Shown piece by piece: positions 1-13,913 of a stretch of 64,000 nt of DNA. The translations under genes were made by a program, and so were the position numbers. Numbering within the stretch: the first letter of the stretch is position 1; every line of letters starts with the position of its first letter. Source of the DNA: Macrostomum lignano. Taxonomy: Eukaryota. The notes beneath the pieces are model-generated. The model did not search any database. It had not been told where the DNA came from and saw nothing but the letters and a program-made list of their open reading frames with translations. Location of the stretch: positions 1 through 64,000 of the forward strand of contig NIVC01002204.1 of assembly GCA_002269645.1 (NCBI GenBank). Direction: 5' to 3'.

Positions 1-1904
1 GACTATTTTTTATTAAGTAATATTTTATTTCAACTTTATCCAGATTTAAATATACTGGCTGGTGCAATAGCAAGTAACTAATGCCCTCATTATTCAATTA
101 TTACTCCTATTAATAATTCATATTTATGATGTTTAGTGTCTGCAATGCAGATGTCTTGCCCGAGCCATCCCATCTCATCGGAGTGATATTAATACCTATA
201 TACGCTTTTTTAATAATTATTTTTTAATCTTTGATACATGCTTTTTATTACTTACATTCTGTGGTTGGATAAGTAGTGCTGGATGAATCCTCTAATTCAA
301 AATGAAACTTGGGGTCTCGCAAAAGTTTCTGGGCGACTGTTGGATAAGAAGATTTAACTGGCTTCCAGGGCTAAAGAATGACATTGTGTCTGTTTTAATA
401 TTCCATTAATTCACTCAAAAGTCAAGTCACAATTTGGAAATTACTTGTGTAATTAATTTTTTTTAACTCTGCGTTTATTTATTTCAAATTAAAACATTAT
501 TCTACTATACTATGTATGCTACTTCCTAATAATAGACGAACATCGTGTATTTTTTTTTTTTTCATTTTTTCACTCGGTTTATTTTTGAAAAGTGTTCTGT
601 TTTTATCCCAGCGTATTTTTGTTTATCAGCCTGGTTCTCCCGTTGCTCAAAGTTTATCAGCTCTTAGTTAGACTCAGCAGTAACCCCGGGTTCGCAAGTG
701 CAGTTTATATAATTAGTAAAGTTGATTGACACTTTGCTGTGATGATTTACTTACACCAAGCTTTTAAAACTATTATACTTGCTGAACTTTGTCAATTATT
801 TATCATTTGCAATCAGCGGCCGCACTTTTTTGTTCCATTTTTTTCTTAATTAAGAAAAGCAAAACAACTTTTTGGTCATTTATTATTATTATTAAGTTTT
901 TGAGATTATTAATTAAGCAAAGGACAAACAACCGAATAGCTTTAGTTTTATATCTATTATTTGTGTATTATTAGGAACCATTTGTGTTGGTGTTTTTTCG
1001 TTATGCAATTTATCTTACCTAGGTAATTAGTTCTACACAGTGTGAGCAGGGGCTGCTGTTGTCCGGTCTATTTCTTCGTTATAAGCAACAGTTTTTTTCC
1101 TTAAATCTTTTAAAAACCTTTTTTCTCTCTGTTTCAATACAATTTTAATACAGTTTACCGCCAAAAAACATTGAGTTTAAATTAATTAATATTAGCAAGT
1201 CTCCAAGCAGTTATTATGTATTTATTATTTGCCACACTATTCTGTACCGACAGTTTACATTTTTAATCATTTTGAAGTTTGATCAGTCAAAGTCTCAACT
1301 GTCTTCTGCCGCCCCCCCCCCCCTAAATTGAAGTTATTTTGTTATAATTCGCTGCAAATTTAAAATTGTTTGCCATCTGATAAAAAGGTTTAACTATTCA
1401 TGTATTGTATTTGCGTGCTTTTTGCGGTAATGATAGTTTTCTGCCCTCCCGGGTCCCCCCTGTCTTTTGTCGCCAATTTTATAGCGAAAGATATTAGACA
1501 GCTTTAAATAGCCCAAAATGTGCTGGTTGGTTGTTCAACTATTTTGTCAGGGTAGAATTTTAGCGTAGATTAAATATAGAACTCATTTATAGAGCAGGCT
1601 GTTCACTTTAACGTCACGTACATTATTTTTATACAAAATAATTTTAATAATAATAATATTAATAAACACCTACAGACACGGTTGCTACATATTGCCGTTT
1701 TTTTCGTTTTTCTGGAATTAAAAAAATCTCTACCAAAAATGCGTTGCTAATTCCATTTTTGTTTATTCATTTTTGACCAGCAAAACTCATTAAGAATCAA
1801 TCGGGTCTGGATTGGATAGACGTTGAACTTCTTCAAACTTGAGCACATGCAAGCGCGGCAATACTATACTCAGGCACGCACTCACACACACGCTCACACA
1901 GGGT

Positions 1905-2390
1905 GTGCAATTATCCGATATGTGTCGAAAGTAGCAATTTCTCTATCTATTATCCGATATGTATCGAAAGTAGCTATTTCTATATCTATTATCCGATATG
2001 TATCCAAAGTAGCTATTTCTATATCCATTATCCGATATGTATCGAAAGTAGCTATTTCTATATCTATTATCCGATATGTATCAAAAGTAGCTATTTCTAT
2101 ATCTATTATCCGATATGTATCAAAAGTAGCTATTTCTATATCTATTATCCGATATGTATCGAAAGTAGCTATTTCTATATCTATTATCCGATATGTATCG
2201 AAAGTAGCTATTTCTCTTTATCTATTATCCGATGTGTATCAAAAGTAGCTATTTCTATGTCTATTATCCGATATGTATCGAAAGTAGCTATTTCTATATC
2301 TATTATCCGATATGTATCGAAAGTAGCTATTTCTATATCTATTATCCGATATGTATCGAAAGTAGCTATTACTATATCTATTATCTGATA
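1905..2390. repeat. 39-bp minisatellite (TCTATTATCCGATATGTATCGAAAGTAGCTATTTCTATA), about 12 copies
   Basis: Direct tandem periodicity; gives the 13-aa SIIRYVSKVAISI repeat in the ORF track. Confidence 0.95.
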
Positions 2391-3149
2391 TTTATGTATT
2401 CTAAATGGACGATTTTTCAATTCTCTGGTACACACCGAAAGTAGCTAATAGTTGCTAGCAGACTACTCGTTACCTTTTTGCCAGCATAGTAAGTAGTATA
2501 ATCAAGAATATTGCAACATTTTTTCATATTGAATACTTAGTTGCATATTCATTAGATGGGCTATGTTACAGCTGATGAGTAGTTAACAGACTGTTAAAGA
2601 CATGCTTTGAGAAAAGGATTTTGTGGGTAATTAGTTTTTAATAATGAATTTTTTCCTAAACTTATTACTTACTAGTGAGTAGGATATCGCTACAAGACGG
2701 CAGAAAAATCATTCTCAAATGGCAGTCAGGAACGAGAAAAGCTTTTTTAGTCAGCAAGCGAAGCGTGGATTTCAACTTTCTCGACGAAAATTTTAAAATA
2801 AAAGCTTTCTTCTTAAGATTAAGCGGCTTTAAACTACGACACAAATAAAAAAGTTTTAGACAACGCCCACGTTTTTGTAGTTGTGAACTTGTCAATCAAC
2901 CTTGGAGACTGTCGAGAGACCACCTGCTGACAATAGAGACAGTTACGGGCCATAGCATCGCAGCGCCTTTGTTGTCGCTGGGTCTCTGCTTGAAATGCAA
3001 TTGGTATCCATGCCAACAAAGCAGAGTTAGATGGTAGAGTTAGAGGGAGGGGCAGGGGTTCCTTGTGTTAAATAACAGCGCCGAGATAAGCAGCGCGCTC
3101 TCGAAATTTCTTCACTGGCTAAATTCCGATTGAGAAAGAAAACGAGCCA

Positions 3150-5049
3150 ATGTCATCTTCTGCTTTTAGAGCTGTTGCGACACTGCTGACTTGCGCTGGC
3201 TGCTGCTTGCCTTGGGTGATCGCGACTCAGACCGGCTACACTGACTTCAATTGTAAGTGGTGTTCTAATTATCCTTGCGTCTAAAATGATCACGTATCAT
3301 CCGTTAGACATCTGATTCATCTGTTAGACATCTGATTCATCTGTTAGACATCTGATTCATCTGTTAGACATCTGATTCATCTGTTAGACATCTGAATCAT
3401 CTGTTAGACATCTGATTTATCTGTTAGACATTTGAATCATCTGTTAGAAATCTTAATCATCTGTTAGACATCTGAATCATCTTTTACACACCTGAAATCA
3501 CCTGTTTGACCTAGGATAGGAAAAATTTCCTATATTAAAAGGCCCAGGCCTAAAAGGCAGACAATATCGATGGGAAATTTTCAGTTTACGTCCGTGACCC
3601 TCCCATCCCGACGGCATCCGCTGAGTATACCTTCTCGGACGGTCGCACCGTCGCTGAGTGCCTGATGCGATGCAAATTCAGCGCCTCTGTCAACTGCTAC
3701 GCCACCGCCTTTCGGCAGGATCTCAACCGCTGCGTCTTCTCGGCAACTTGGTGCGCCAGATTTGACATCACTGCACCGTCGAGTTTCGTGTACAGGAAAC
3801 GTCTGAGCAAGCCCGATTTTAGTGAGTTCTTATTGGACGATGCTTTGGTGGATTTGCCAAAAGCAAATCAGTCAGTGGACCGTGTCAGTGGACCGTGTCA
3901 GTGGTCTAGCGCGGCGCTCTGATATGTCTGTGGCCCAGGCTTGATAGTGCATTTAACTACCTTGAGAACCAACCCCCAAGGCACAGTGAAGTGTACATGC
4001 CTAACTATAAATAAAGTTAGGGCCGCTGTACACTCCTGTGTGTGTGTGTGCCTGTGGGTATGTCTAAGTACGTATCTGCGCGCTTGTGTGGCTGCTCAGG
4101 GGAGTCGACGGAATGGGCAGTAATGCCTCTCGCCGGTTGTGTGACAATGTCGCTCAAAGTGCGCCAGGCTGCACACAGGCCCTGCCTGTAAATTAGATGC
4201 TCGATTAGACTTAAGCTCAGTCGGTGAAGTGTTCGATTAAGATGACCAGGTCCAGTTCGCAACAGAGAACATCAATAGCTACAGTATTAAATGCAGTGCA
4301 TTTGTGTATAACTATAACTTATTAATCACTTCACGCAATCCATGCCGCAGATGTGTACGCCAGCGTTGGCAGTCGCAAGTTTCAAGTTATCCAACAACGA
4401 TCTAAAGGCTTTTTGAGCTTTGCTCAGTGCTGGGCCGACTACGAAAACGGATTCGGCGATGACAAAGACTTTTGGATTGGTAATGAGTCTATAAAAATGT
4501 TTTTTAATAGCTGATTTAGTCTAGTGACTAGTGAGCCTGTGCCTTGGGGGGCTGGCCCTCTTGGCTGTGAATCGCACGAAAAACCCTCGAAGGCTTAAAT
4601 AAACCGATCAGCCAATTTTTGTATTTCAAGGATTGCGCAAAATCAACGAACTGACTGGAAACACGCCGCGACGCCTCCGCATCGAGGCTGTAACTCGCGA
4701 GAACAAGCTTTACGTTGCCGAGTACTCCGACTTCTCAGTTGGCGACGCGTCAACAAATTACTTGATGACATTCAATTCGTATTTGTCTGGAAGCTCCAAC
4801 ACCAGCGGAGATTCGCTCAGCATCAATAAGGGAATGAAATTCTCTACTCTGGATAGGGACAACGATGACAATTCGGACAGTTGCTCCCGAGAGTCCTACG
4901 GCTATGCCGGCTGGTGGTTCGAGCAGTGCTCCGACAGCAACCCTAACGGGATCTACTCGGCTGAGTTTAACAGCAATTCGGCCATGCACTATTGGGACGC
5001 CGACAAGAAAAAGGCGTTGAAAAGCATTCGACTCATGGTGGAGATTTGA
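3150..5049 (+). CDS. Secreted PAN/apple + fibrinogen C-terminal (FReD) protein, about 295 aa; exons 3150-3252, 3585-3821, 4351-4479, 4631-5049
   Basis: GT-AG introns join in frame (phases 1,1,1; 888 nt). Hydrophobic leader; ECLMRC..NCYATAF..RCVF PAN-like Cys pattern; FReD motifs VIQQR, WADYENGFG, FWIG, MKFSTLDRDND, GWWFEQC..SNPNG. Confidence 0.88.
3302..3495. repeat. 20-bp intronic repeat (CTGTTAGACATCTGATTCAT), about 9 copies
   Basis: Tandem copies in intron 1 of the FReD gene. Confidence 0.9.
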
Positions 5050-5117
5050 GTTTGTAGCTACGCTCGTACGAACCATGCAGAGCGAGTGTTGAGTCGTTTG
5101 ACGTTTTATTAGATGAG

Positions 5118-5640
5118 ACCATTTGGACGGTGTGGTGTCGTTTTCATTTGAGACGATGTGTCATTTTCATTTGAGACGGTGTGTGGTGTCATTTTCATTT
5201 GAGACGGTGTGTGGTGTCATTTTCATTTGAGACGGTGTGTGGTGTCATTTTCATTTGAGACGGTGTGTGGTGTCATTTTCACTTGAGACGGTGTGTGGTG
5301 TCATTTTCATTTAAGACGCTTCTGGTTCAGTTGGGACGGTGTGGTGTCATTTTCATTTGAGACTCTTCTGGTTCAGTTGGGACGGTGTGGTATCATTTTC
5401 ATTTGAGACTCTTCTGGTTCAGTTGGGACGGTGTGGTGTCATTTTCATTTGAGACTCTTCTGGTTCAGTTGGGACGGTGTGGTGTCATTTTCATTTGAGA
5501 CTCTTCTGGTTCAGTTGGGACGGTGTGGTGTCATTTTCATTCGAGACGCTTCTGGTTCAGTTGGGACGGTGTGGTGTCATTTTCATTTGAGACGCTTCTG
5601 GTTCAGTTGGGACGTTGTGTGTGTGTGTGTGTGTGTGTGT
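5118..5640. repeat. 28-bp then 46-bp related tandem units followed by (GT)n
   Basis: Shared core GACGGTGTGGTGTCATTTTCATTTGA, just 3' of the FReD stop. Confidence 0.9.
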
Positions 5641-7574
5641 AATTTTCATTTCAGATGGTTTGGGTTAGTTTAGGACGGTGTTATTTGGGATAAATTGTTT
5701 TTTATTGCCGTAGCTACAGCTCATCCGAGATCCGATACCTATAGCTGAGATTGCATGGTTGTCATATCTAGACGAGACAGTTTTTGTCATGTTTGTTATT
5801 AAATAATAATAAATAGAATATTTTTCTGTATTTTGTTCCTCATCTTTAAGCGCCGTAATTAATCTATTTAATCTTCTAATTATTTTATAATATGTTGCAA
5901 GGTATAGAGCATCACATTTATACACGTACACGTAAAGAGTAAATTGCTTTTTAAATATTTTAAATGCTTTTCTTAAACGCTTTTTCCTCCATTTGTTGTT
6001 TTCTTTAATAACAAATCTATTTGTCTTTTATAATTCATTAGAAATTGTGTCAAGAGCAGTAACTGCTTTTTTGTTTGTTTTAATTCTCACATATTTTTTC
6101 GAAAGTAACCTAAACTGTGTAACCTGTGTAACCTGTGTAAACTGTGTAACTGTGTAACTGTGTAACCTAATTAATTAAGGCTAACAATTTTAAATTTAAT
6201 TTTACTGCATTGTGTTGAAATAACAAAGGGAACGACGTAAATGAATAATTTTATTTGTTTCTAACTTTGTTGTGCTGCAAACTATAAACTGAAGTGAAGA
6301 AGTTACAAAATCTATTTAATTATATTACGCAGCTATAAAACAAAAATTCTTGTTAACCGATTTATTTTATAGTTTGAAAAAAGTTAACAGTTATCTAATT
6401 TTCAAAACAGAAAAGTTTTTGTCTCTACGATAATAAGTCGTCAGAGATATTGTGTAACTTTAAAAAAATCTATTGAACTTAACTCATATAAACTAAAAAT
6501 TACTATCTAATAACCATTTTATTAGAATGAACAATCTTTTATTATTTATAATTATTGAATCGGTTAAAGAAAGGCTTTTTGAGTTCTTTTTACTACATTT
6601 TTAAACTTCATAGCGAAAAATTATTTCTACTTCTCCCCTTTCACTCCTGTCAGATGGTCAGTTCACACTTCTTTTAAACTGGGTCGGTGCACTAAGATAG
6701 TTTTTGGACAAACTGAATTGAATTAAACTTGTGACTCATAATTACCTAATCAATCAGGGTACCAAGCTGCCAGTGTCTGTCGCTGATCTCTATTGAAGTG
6801 CGCGTAAATCCGTAGATTTGTTACAACGAGCATCGAATTTTCTAATTGGATGAGCCCGAGAGGACCCACTCGACTCTGATTGGCTGAGCTCATCGAATTC
6901 GTAACTAAAACTAATTTTAGTTGAATTAGGAAGCAAATTATTTAATAGCTATAGACTTTTCCTTAAAATTATAAATTCAGTAATTATAAAGAAAAATCCT
7001 TTGCTAGCCTATTAAGAGTGATGTAAAAGCGAAGAAGATGAGTACTCTTAGGTCTGATTATAAGTTCAAACAAAGTTCGTCCCTATCATAAATTTAGTTC
7101 TTTTATCATTGAATCTGTGGTCCTTTGGGTTGTTACCAAAGTCAATTTAATCCTGGAAGCACAGCTCAGTGTCACTTAAGCCACAGACTGTCGTAGACGA
7201 TCAACGATCGATATGTAATACCAACTTGATCTCAGTAGGCGGCTCAGTACTTCGCTGCAACCAAGCGAAAATCTGTTAGATTTAAAAAAATAGATCTTCG
7301 TTGCGCCTATGCTGCACCTCCTCATCGCATCCTGACAAAACACAGGAAAATCCACAGGAATAAAATTTTACTTTCCTGAAAAGTTCAAGCTCTTGTACAT
7401 GTACGAGGGCTGTCCCAAGTGAATTACGTTTCACTATATCTCTTGTTCTGTGCTGATCCAAATAATATTACTTTGCACAAATTCATAGCGGCAACTCTCT
7501 TCTTCATATTATCTTTAACATCATTAAAAACTGACAATGGAAACAAAAGTTATAAACTAAAATGTAGCAGGACC

Positions 7575-7833
7575 CATGGAGGAAAGAGTAGAATGGATTG
7601 CTAATCTGAGCCAGTTATTTTTGTCTCGCTCGATCTTCACGTTTAACATATCCTTCCCCCCGTTCTTTCCTATTGGCTCGTGACTGCCATAGACGAAGTT
7701 AGTACGAGCTCGAATCAAAATATGCTTTCAGCCAATAGGAAGGAACGGGGGGGAAGGGATGTTAAAAGTTAAAATCGAGAGAGATAAAAATAACTGGCTC
7801 AGTTTAGCACTCCATTCTACACCTTTTTCCATT
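7575..7833. mobile_element. Foldback/MITE-like inverted repeat, arms about 100 bp
   Basis: GTAGAATGG..CTGAGCCAGTTATTTTT..CTTCCCCCCGTTC..CCTATTGGCT mirrored at 7728-7833; no TSD found. Confidence 0.75.
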
Positions 7834-8237
7834 CTATTTTGGCAAACGTGCAATCAAGGTCAAAATCTTTTCATTCAATTCAGACAGTTAATGGTAGTTC
7901 TTGGCCGGATGTGCATACAATTCCACAGAATATACACAGAATGCCAAATCGAGCGATTTCCATGAAGCCGAATTAAAATTCGTGTGCACTACTCTTGTTG
8001 TGAAGTCTATGGCCAGTAGTATAAATTTGCGAAGAATAATTTATCAAAGTCTCGCAGGCAGTCAGAGATCCTACCTGGAGGACCAAATGTAAAAATTTAT
8101 CATTTTTTCGTATTTTATCATCTAAACAAACCAAACACTCTGAAGAACTCCAGTTAAGCAGAATTCATTCGCATCACAGTTAAACTACAGTTAAACAGCA
8201 TTTAATCGCATCAGCTTCTTCCTCTCTTCAGCTCTCT

Positions 8238-8917
8238 TTATTCCTGTCGTGCGCCCCCCCCCCGCTTTCTCTGCTGAGCGAGCGTCCTCTGACTGTTGCA
8301 CCAGTGATGCAGGCGAAGTCTGGCAAACAACTTGGCCATTGCCTTAGCACAGCGTTCGCCGTGATCCGAGCTGTGCGTCTGAATATTAGCAAGAACAATG
8401 GGAAAGAACTTTTCCTGAAGCCGTTTGCTCACGTCCTTCAGAACGAACAGCTCTTTGTCCGTTGTCGTGAAGGTGCGCTCCATCTGACAGACTGCAGATA
8501 TGACTGCCTTGTTGGGAATGATCAGATTTCCAGTCCCGCCCTGTCCGTTCTTGAGCTGCAGGAAGCGCATCTCTCCCGAGCCATCGCCTTTTAACGACTG
8601 CTGGCACTCCTCGCACTTTTCCTCAGATTTGAATAGCTTGAAAAGCAGCCAGCCTCCAATGTAGGCGCACTTCTCATTCTCAATGCTGCCGACTGTGCCA
8701 GCAGGCAGGTCTTGAGCTTCCTCAGTGGAGTCTGCTGAAATCAGGCCATCGCCCTGCGGACCAGGACTGGGCGCACTTGCACTTGCTGTTACTTTGGCCT
8801 GAAACTCGGTCAGCAAGGTGCTGCCATCGTTCTCGCAGTTGCTGTTAGTCTGCGATAGACAGTCCAACAAGTGGTTGACAGTGAATTTTCCAGCCATGCT
8901 GCGCAGAAAAGCGCAGA
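8238..8917 (-). mobile_element. P-element/THAP9-type transposase C-terminal fragment (open frame, 219 aa from ATG 8897)
   Basis: Motifs SNCEND, YIGGWLLFKL..C..C..L, GNLIIP, KLFARLRLHH resemble P-transposase C-termini; TTCAG acceptor at 8918; no THAP or catalytic core found. Confidence 0.7.
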
Positions 8918-10196
8918 CTGAACTTAGTTTTCATTTGAAAGCAAAGAATAAAAGTCGTTCTTAGAATAGTCTATGGCAAAAACTCAAGCCCTACTTATCA
9001 AAGCTTCACAACAAGAGTAGGCTGGTGTGATTTCAATTCTTGCACCGATTTTTTAAAACAAAAATGCTCGAATCGGCATTCTGTGTACAATTCCGACAAC
9101 TGTGCTTTCAAAAGCGACAATTTTCAAACAAAGCAAACAAGCTACCACGAGAAACCGACACTTTGCAATCAATTCTGACAGTTGGCTATGAATTAGCTTT
9201 TTCTGTCCTCCTATCTATATGGCTCTTACTGCGAAATTTCCAATCAATTCCCACAAATTTCAATCTATTTAGACAAGCTACTTTTTACTTTGGGTGGGGC
9301 CAGGGCTAAATGTGCATGTGCAGGGCTAAATCTATGGGTGTTCCGAATCTCCAAGTTTCTCTCCATGATGTGGCTATGGCATTCGCAGTACGAGCAGTAT
9401 TGTTGAATCTCGGCTCAAACTGTGCCCCAGCCAGCCCCCAAAGGGTGTTAACACACTCCTCTGAGCAACACTTGAATGCACATCCGGGACTTTTAGCGCA
9501 GCAAAAGGAGGGAACAAAAAGCATTGCTACACAATAGAAGCGGTCTTTCGCGTCCCTGGGATTTCCCTAGGGAATTCCGGAATTACTGAAGCTAAGAGCT
9601 GAAGCCCAGTTGGAAATATTCTGATGCTTTAAAAGCTATATTAAAATATGCTTCTCCAATTTTTCCATAGATATCTCTTTGTCACAGCAGTCTAACAAAA
9701 AAGTTTGAGTACGTATTAAATCAAAAGTACTTTCGCTACTTTCCGCTAGCTTGTCGAATTACTGTAAGTCTATTGTCGAGGTCCTGCTATATGTTAGTTC
9801 ATAACTTGCGTTTCCATTGTCAGTTTTTAATGATGTTAAAGATAATATGAAGAAGAGAGTTGCCGCTATAAATCTATGCAAAATGATATGTTATTAATAC
9901 ATGATAATATATGACATATGATAATGTTATTTGGATCAGCAGAACGAGAGATATAAAGAAAAGTAACACTACTACTTTTGGGACAGCCCTCGTATTATCA
10001 GCATCAGTGGGTGATTCGGTTGGAACAATTCTGTCTAACAGGTGACAGCTACTGTCTAATAAGAAGTTTTACCAGTGCAAATTAATCAACTGCAGAAATC
10101 AGTCGCTGAAGTTTTTTGTTCGCACGAAGTGAAAATTTATAATTGTTAAAGAAATTTTGCATCAGACACGCTCAATCGAGATGAGAATGAAGCTGT

Positions 10197-10368
10197 TTTA
10201 AATAATTAAATAATTAAATAATTAAGTAATTAAATAATTAAATAATTAAATAATTAAGTAATTAAATAATTAAATAATTAAATATTTAAATAATTAAATA
10301 ATTAAATAATTAAGTAATTAAATAATTAAATAATTAAGTAATTAAATAATTAAATAATTAAACATTTA
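10197..10368. repeat. (TAATTAAA)n 8-bp repeat
   Basis: Direct periodicity. Confidence 0.9.
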
Positions 10369-11384
10369 AGTTTCAAAATAAGTGTTAGATTCTCAGACCG
10401 AATTTAAAACGAATAATGTGAGCACATCAGAGCTGAATCTTATAATCAGATTTATATTAGCAGACAATTACAAGTTGCATTATTGGTATGACAGACTTCT
10501 GTTGCGATCCGGCGATTCCAAATCAAGGACTACTAGACTAGAAGGACGCAACACTCGCAAATCGTGCAAAAATATAGTCGAAGGCCGATTATTAAAATGT
10601 CTGTATCTCCGAATCGATTGCATGTAGAAGGTTAATTTTTTCGACAGATTGTTGAGATTTTTGTCCCCTACCAAGTAAGCCAGTTAGTTTAGTTTCCCAC
10701 TAGAAGTAGATGCGAGAAAATCCTGTACAATGGAGTCACCCTATTTTTGGGCGTATGGTAGCTATTCAAATCTTCGAGTTTAGGAAGCAAAATTAATAAA
10801 GTAGAGCCGAAAATCTTGAGCGCATTTTTTGTGAATACGCTCTTAGTTTCATTAGTGACGTTTCTGAAAATATATCGGAATCTGGAGATCATATACAGAA
10901 CCCGCATAATTTGGTCTATATCCTTTAAATCTCTCACAAGATGGCCAGTCAGAAAAAAATGAGAGAGAAGAAAAAGCCAAACATCACAAAAGCAGACTCC
11001 TGTTTTAACATTCTGTTCTCAGAATTCTCAGACAGATAAACAGCGGTCTGTCTGGCACAAAATTGGAGGTATGATAAACTGTATTGAGCAAATTTTATTG
11101 TCTGTCGAACAGTGTTGCAAAGTGACGAAACGGTAGAGAACAAAGAAAATGGAAAAAGTAAATAACAAATTCATGCAAATGAACTCAAATTATTTGCAAT
11201 GCACAAAAATTCTTTTAACAAATTTAGTAAAGTAAAAAAGTGGTTCATAAACAGTGTTGGGATCATGTGTACAAATGGTACATGTATATGCTGACAAACC
11301 ATGTCACTCTAAACATCAAAATCAAATTTAGGAAGCATATAACGTAGTGTTCCTTGTTGTGGTCCTTGTTTCAAAAGCGCAGCT

Positions 11385-13400
11385 TCAGAGCCGCTTCATC
11401 AGTGCCAGCAGGGAGGCGGCAGCAACGGTGAACTGGCAGCCCCCCAGACTGCAGGCAGAGTTGCAGTAGTCTGTGCTGCAGCTGCGGCAGTTCGTGTCGG
11501 GGTACCGAGTGCAGTCTCCGCAGCCTGCAAAGAACCTCTGCAATGGCGAATGTTGGCTCTGGTTTTTCGGAGAGGGAATGGGTTTCTAACAGCTGGACAA
11601 CACTGTCTAACAGTTGAACTAAACTAACAGGTAGACTAAATTGTCTAACAGGTAGACTAAACTGTCTAACAGGTAGACTAAACTGTCTAACAGGTAGACT
11701 AAACTGTCTAACAGGTAGACTAAACTGTCTAACAGGTATACTAAACTGTCTAACAGGTATACTAAACTGTTTAACAGGTAGACTAAACTGTTTAACAGGT
11801 AGACTAAACTGTCTAACAGGTAGACTAAACTGTCTAACAGGTATACTAAACTGTCTAACAGGTAGACTAAACTGTCTAACAGGTATACTAAACTGTTTAA
11901 CAGGTAGACTAAACTGTCTAACAGGTAGACTAAATTGTCTAACAGGTAGACTAAACTGTCTAACAGGTAGACTAAACTGTCTAACAGGTATACTAAACTG
12001 TCTAACAGGTATACTAAACTGTTTAACAGGTAGACTAAACTGTTTAACAGGTAGACTAAACTGTCTAACAGGTAGACTAAACTGTCTAACAGGTATACTA
12101 AACTGTCTAACAGGTATACTAAACTGTCTAACAGGTAGACTAAACTGTCTAACAGGTAGACTAAACTGTCTAACAGGTAGACTAAACTGTTTAACAGGTA
12201 TACTAAACTGTTTAACAGGTAGACTAAACTGTTTAACAGTCAGAATCAATTGTCTAACAGGTAGAAAACACCGTCAACTCACGTTAAGAGTTAAAGTACC
12301 GTAGCTGTACGAGTACTGGTAGCAGGTGCTAGTTGTGCAAGACTTTTTGGTCCTGCTCGAGTGATAAAACTTGCCGTCGCTGTGGTAGCAGCTCACAGCA
12401 GGCGGTCGAGGGTTGCAGTAGTTTTTGAAGCAGGTTGTGCAGGGGATGTCGTCGGAGTAAAGGAAAACGTAGTTGAAGCAGCTTCCGCAGCCTGCGTAGT
12501 TGCGCTGAGGAAAAAGGTTTGGGTCGGTAACCACGGGCTGCATAAGGACATTGGGACATGCTCAGTCGAGTGCTCAATCGAATGCTCAATCGAATGCTCA
12601 ATCGAATCCTCAATCGAATGCTCAATCGAGTCCTCAATTGAATGCTCAATCGAATGCTCAATCGAGTCCTCAATCGAATGCTCAATCGAATGCTCAATCG
12701 AGTCCTCAATCGAATGCTCAATCGAATGCTCAATCGAGTCCTCAGTCGAATCCTCAATCGAATGCTCAATCGAGTCCTCAATCGAATGCTCAATCGAATG
12801 CTCAATCGAGTCCTCAATCGAATGCTCAATCGAGTCCTCAATCGAGTCCTCAATCGAATGCTCAATCGAGTCCTCAATCGAGTCCTTAATCGAATGTTCA
12901 ATCGAGTCCTTAATCGAATGTTCAATCGAGTCCTCAATCGAATGCTCAATCGAGTCCTCAATCGAGTCCTCAATCGAATGCTCAATCGAGTCCTCAATCG
13001 AGTCCTTAATCGAATGTTCAATCGAGCGCTCAGTCGAGTGCTCAATTGGGTTTCAAATCGTGTCATTAACGGGCCTTTACACGGTCTTCAACAAGGCGAT
13101 ACTGCCATAAGGCTTTGATGCTTTAAATGATTTAATCCCATCCACTCAGACTATGAAAGCCCCAAAAGTGCTGTCAAAATTTCAGTCGCATCAGCTTACA
13201 GAATCGTAATTAAACATGAAGCATGTCGAAGTACCGCGGTAGCAAGTCGTCTTGTTGCCGTTAGAATAAGGTGAAGTATTGGATGACCGAGTGTAGCAGC
13301 TGAGGGCGGCTGCGGGACTCACTGTGGGAGCAGATTTGTTTCAGCAGTAGCAGCTTCCCATTGGATACGCAATGTACGTCTGTCTGTCTGTCTGTCCGAC

Positions 13401-13472
<72 letters not shown>

Positions 13473-13517
13473 GTCTGTCTGTCTTGTCCGTCTGTCTGTC
13501 TTGTCCGTCTGTCTGTG

Positions 13518-13560
<43 letters not shown>

Positions 13561-13561
13561 G

Positions 13562-13638
<77 letters not shown>

Positions 13639-13653
13639 GCCTGTCTGTCCGAC

Positions 13654-13706
<53 letters not shown>

Positions 13707-13729
13707 GCCTGTCTGTCCGACTGTCTGCC

Positions 13730-13792
<63 letters not shown>

Positions 13793-13835
13793 GTGTCTGT
13801 CTGTCTGTCTGTCTGTCCGACAATCGGTTGATGTA

Positions 13836-13913
<78 letters not shown>

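Larger units (their letters stand above)
7402..9994. mobile_element. Non-autonomous Tc1/mariner-type element with about 170-bp imperfect TIRs and flanking TA
   Basis: TA|CGAGGGCTGTCCCAA at 7402 and TTGGGACAGCCCTCG|TA at 9994; arms 7404-7573 and 9781-9992 align as reverse complements (e.g. ATAGCGGCAACTCTCTTCTTCATATTATCTTTAACATCATTAAAAACTGACAATGGAAAC). Confidence 0.8.

Noticed and set aside
1-1700. Possible decayed CR1/L2 LINE ORF2 on the minus strand (similar hints at 5950-6800 and 10400-10950)
   Set aside because: Only faint motif echoes with many stops; needs tBLASTn or HMM support
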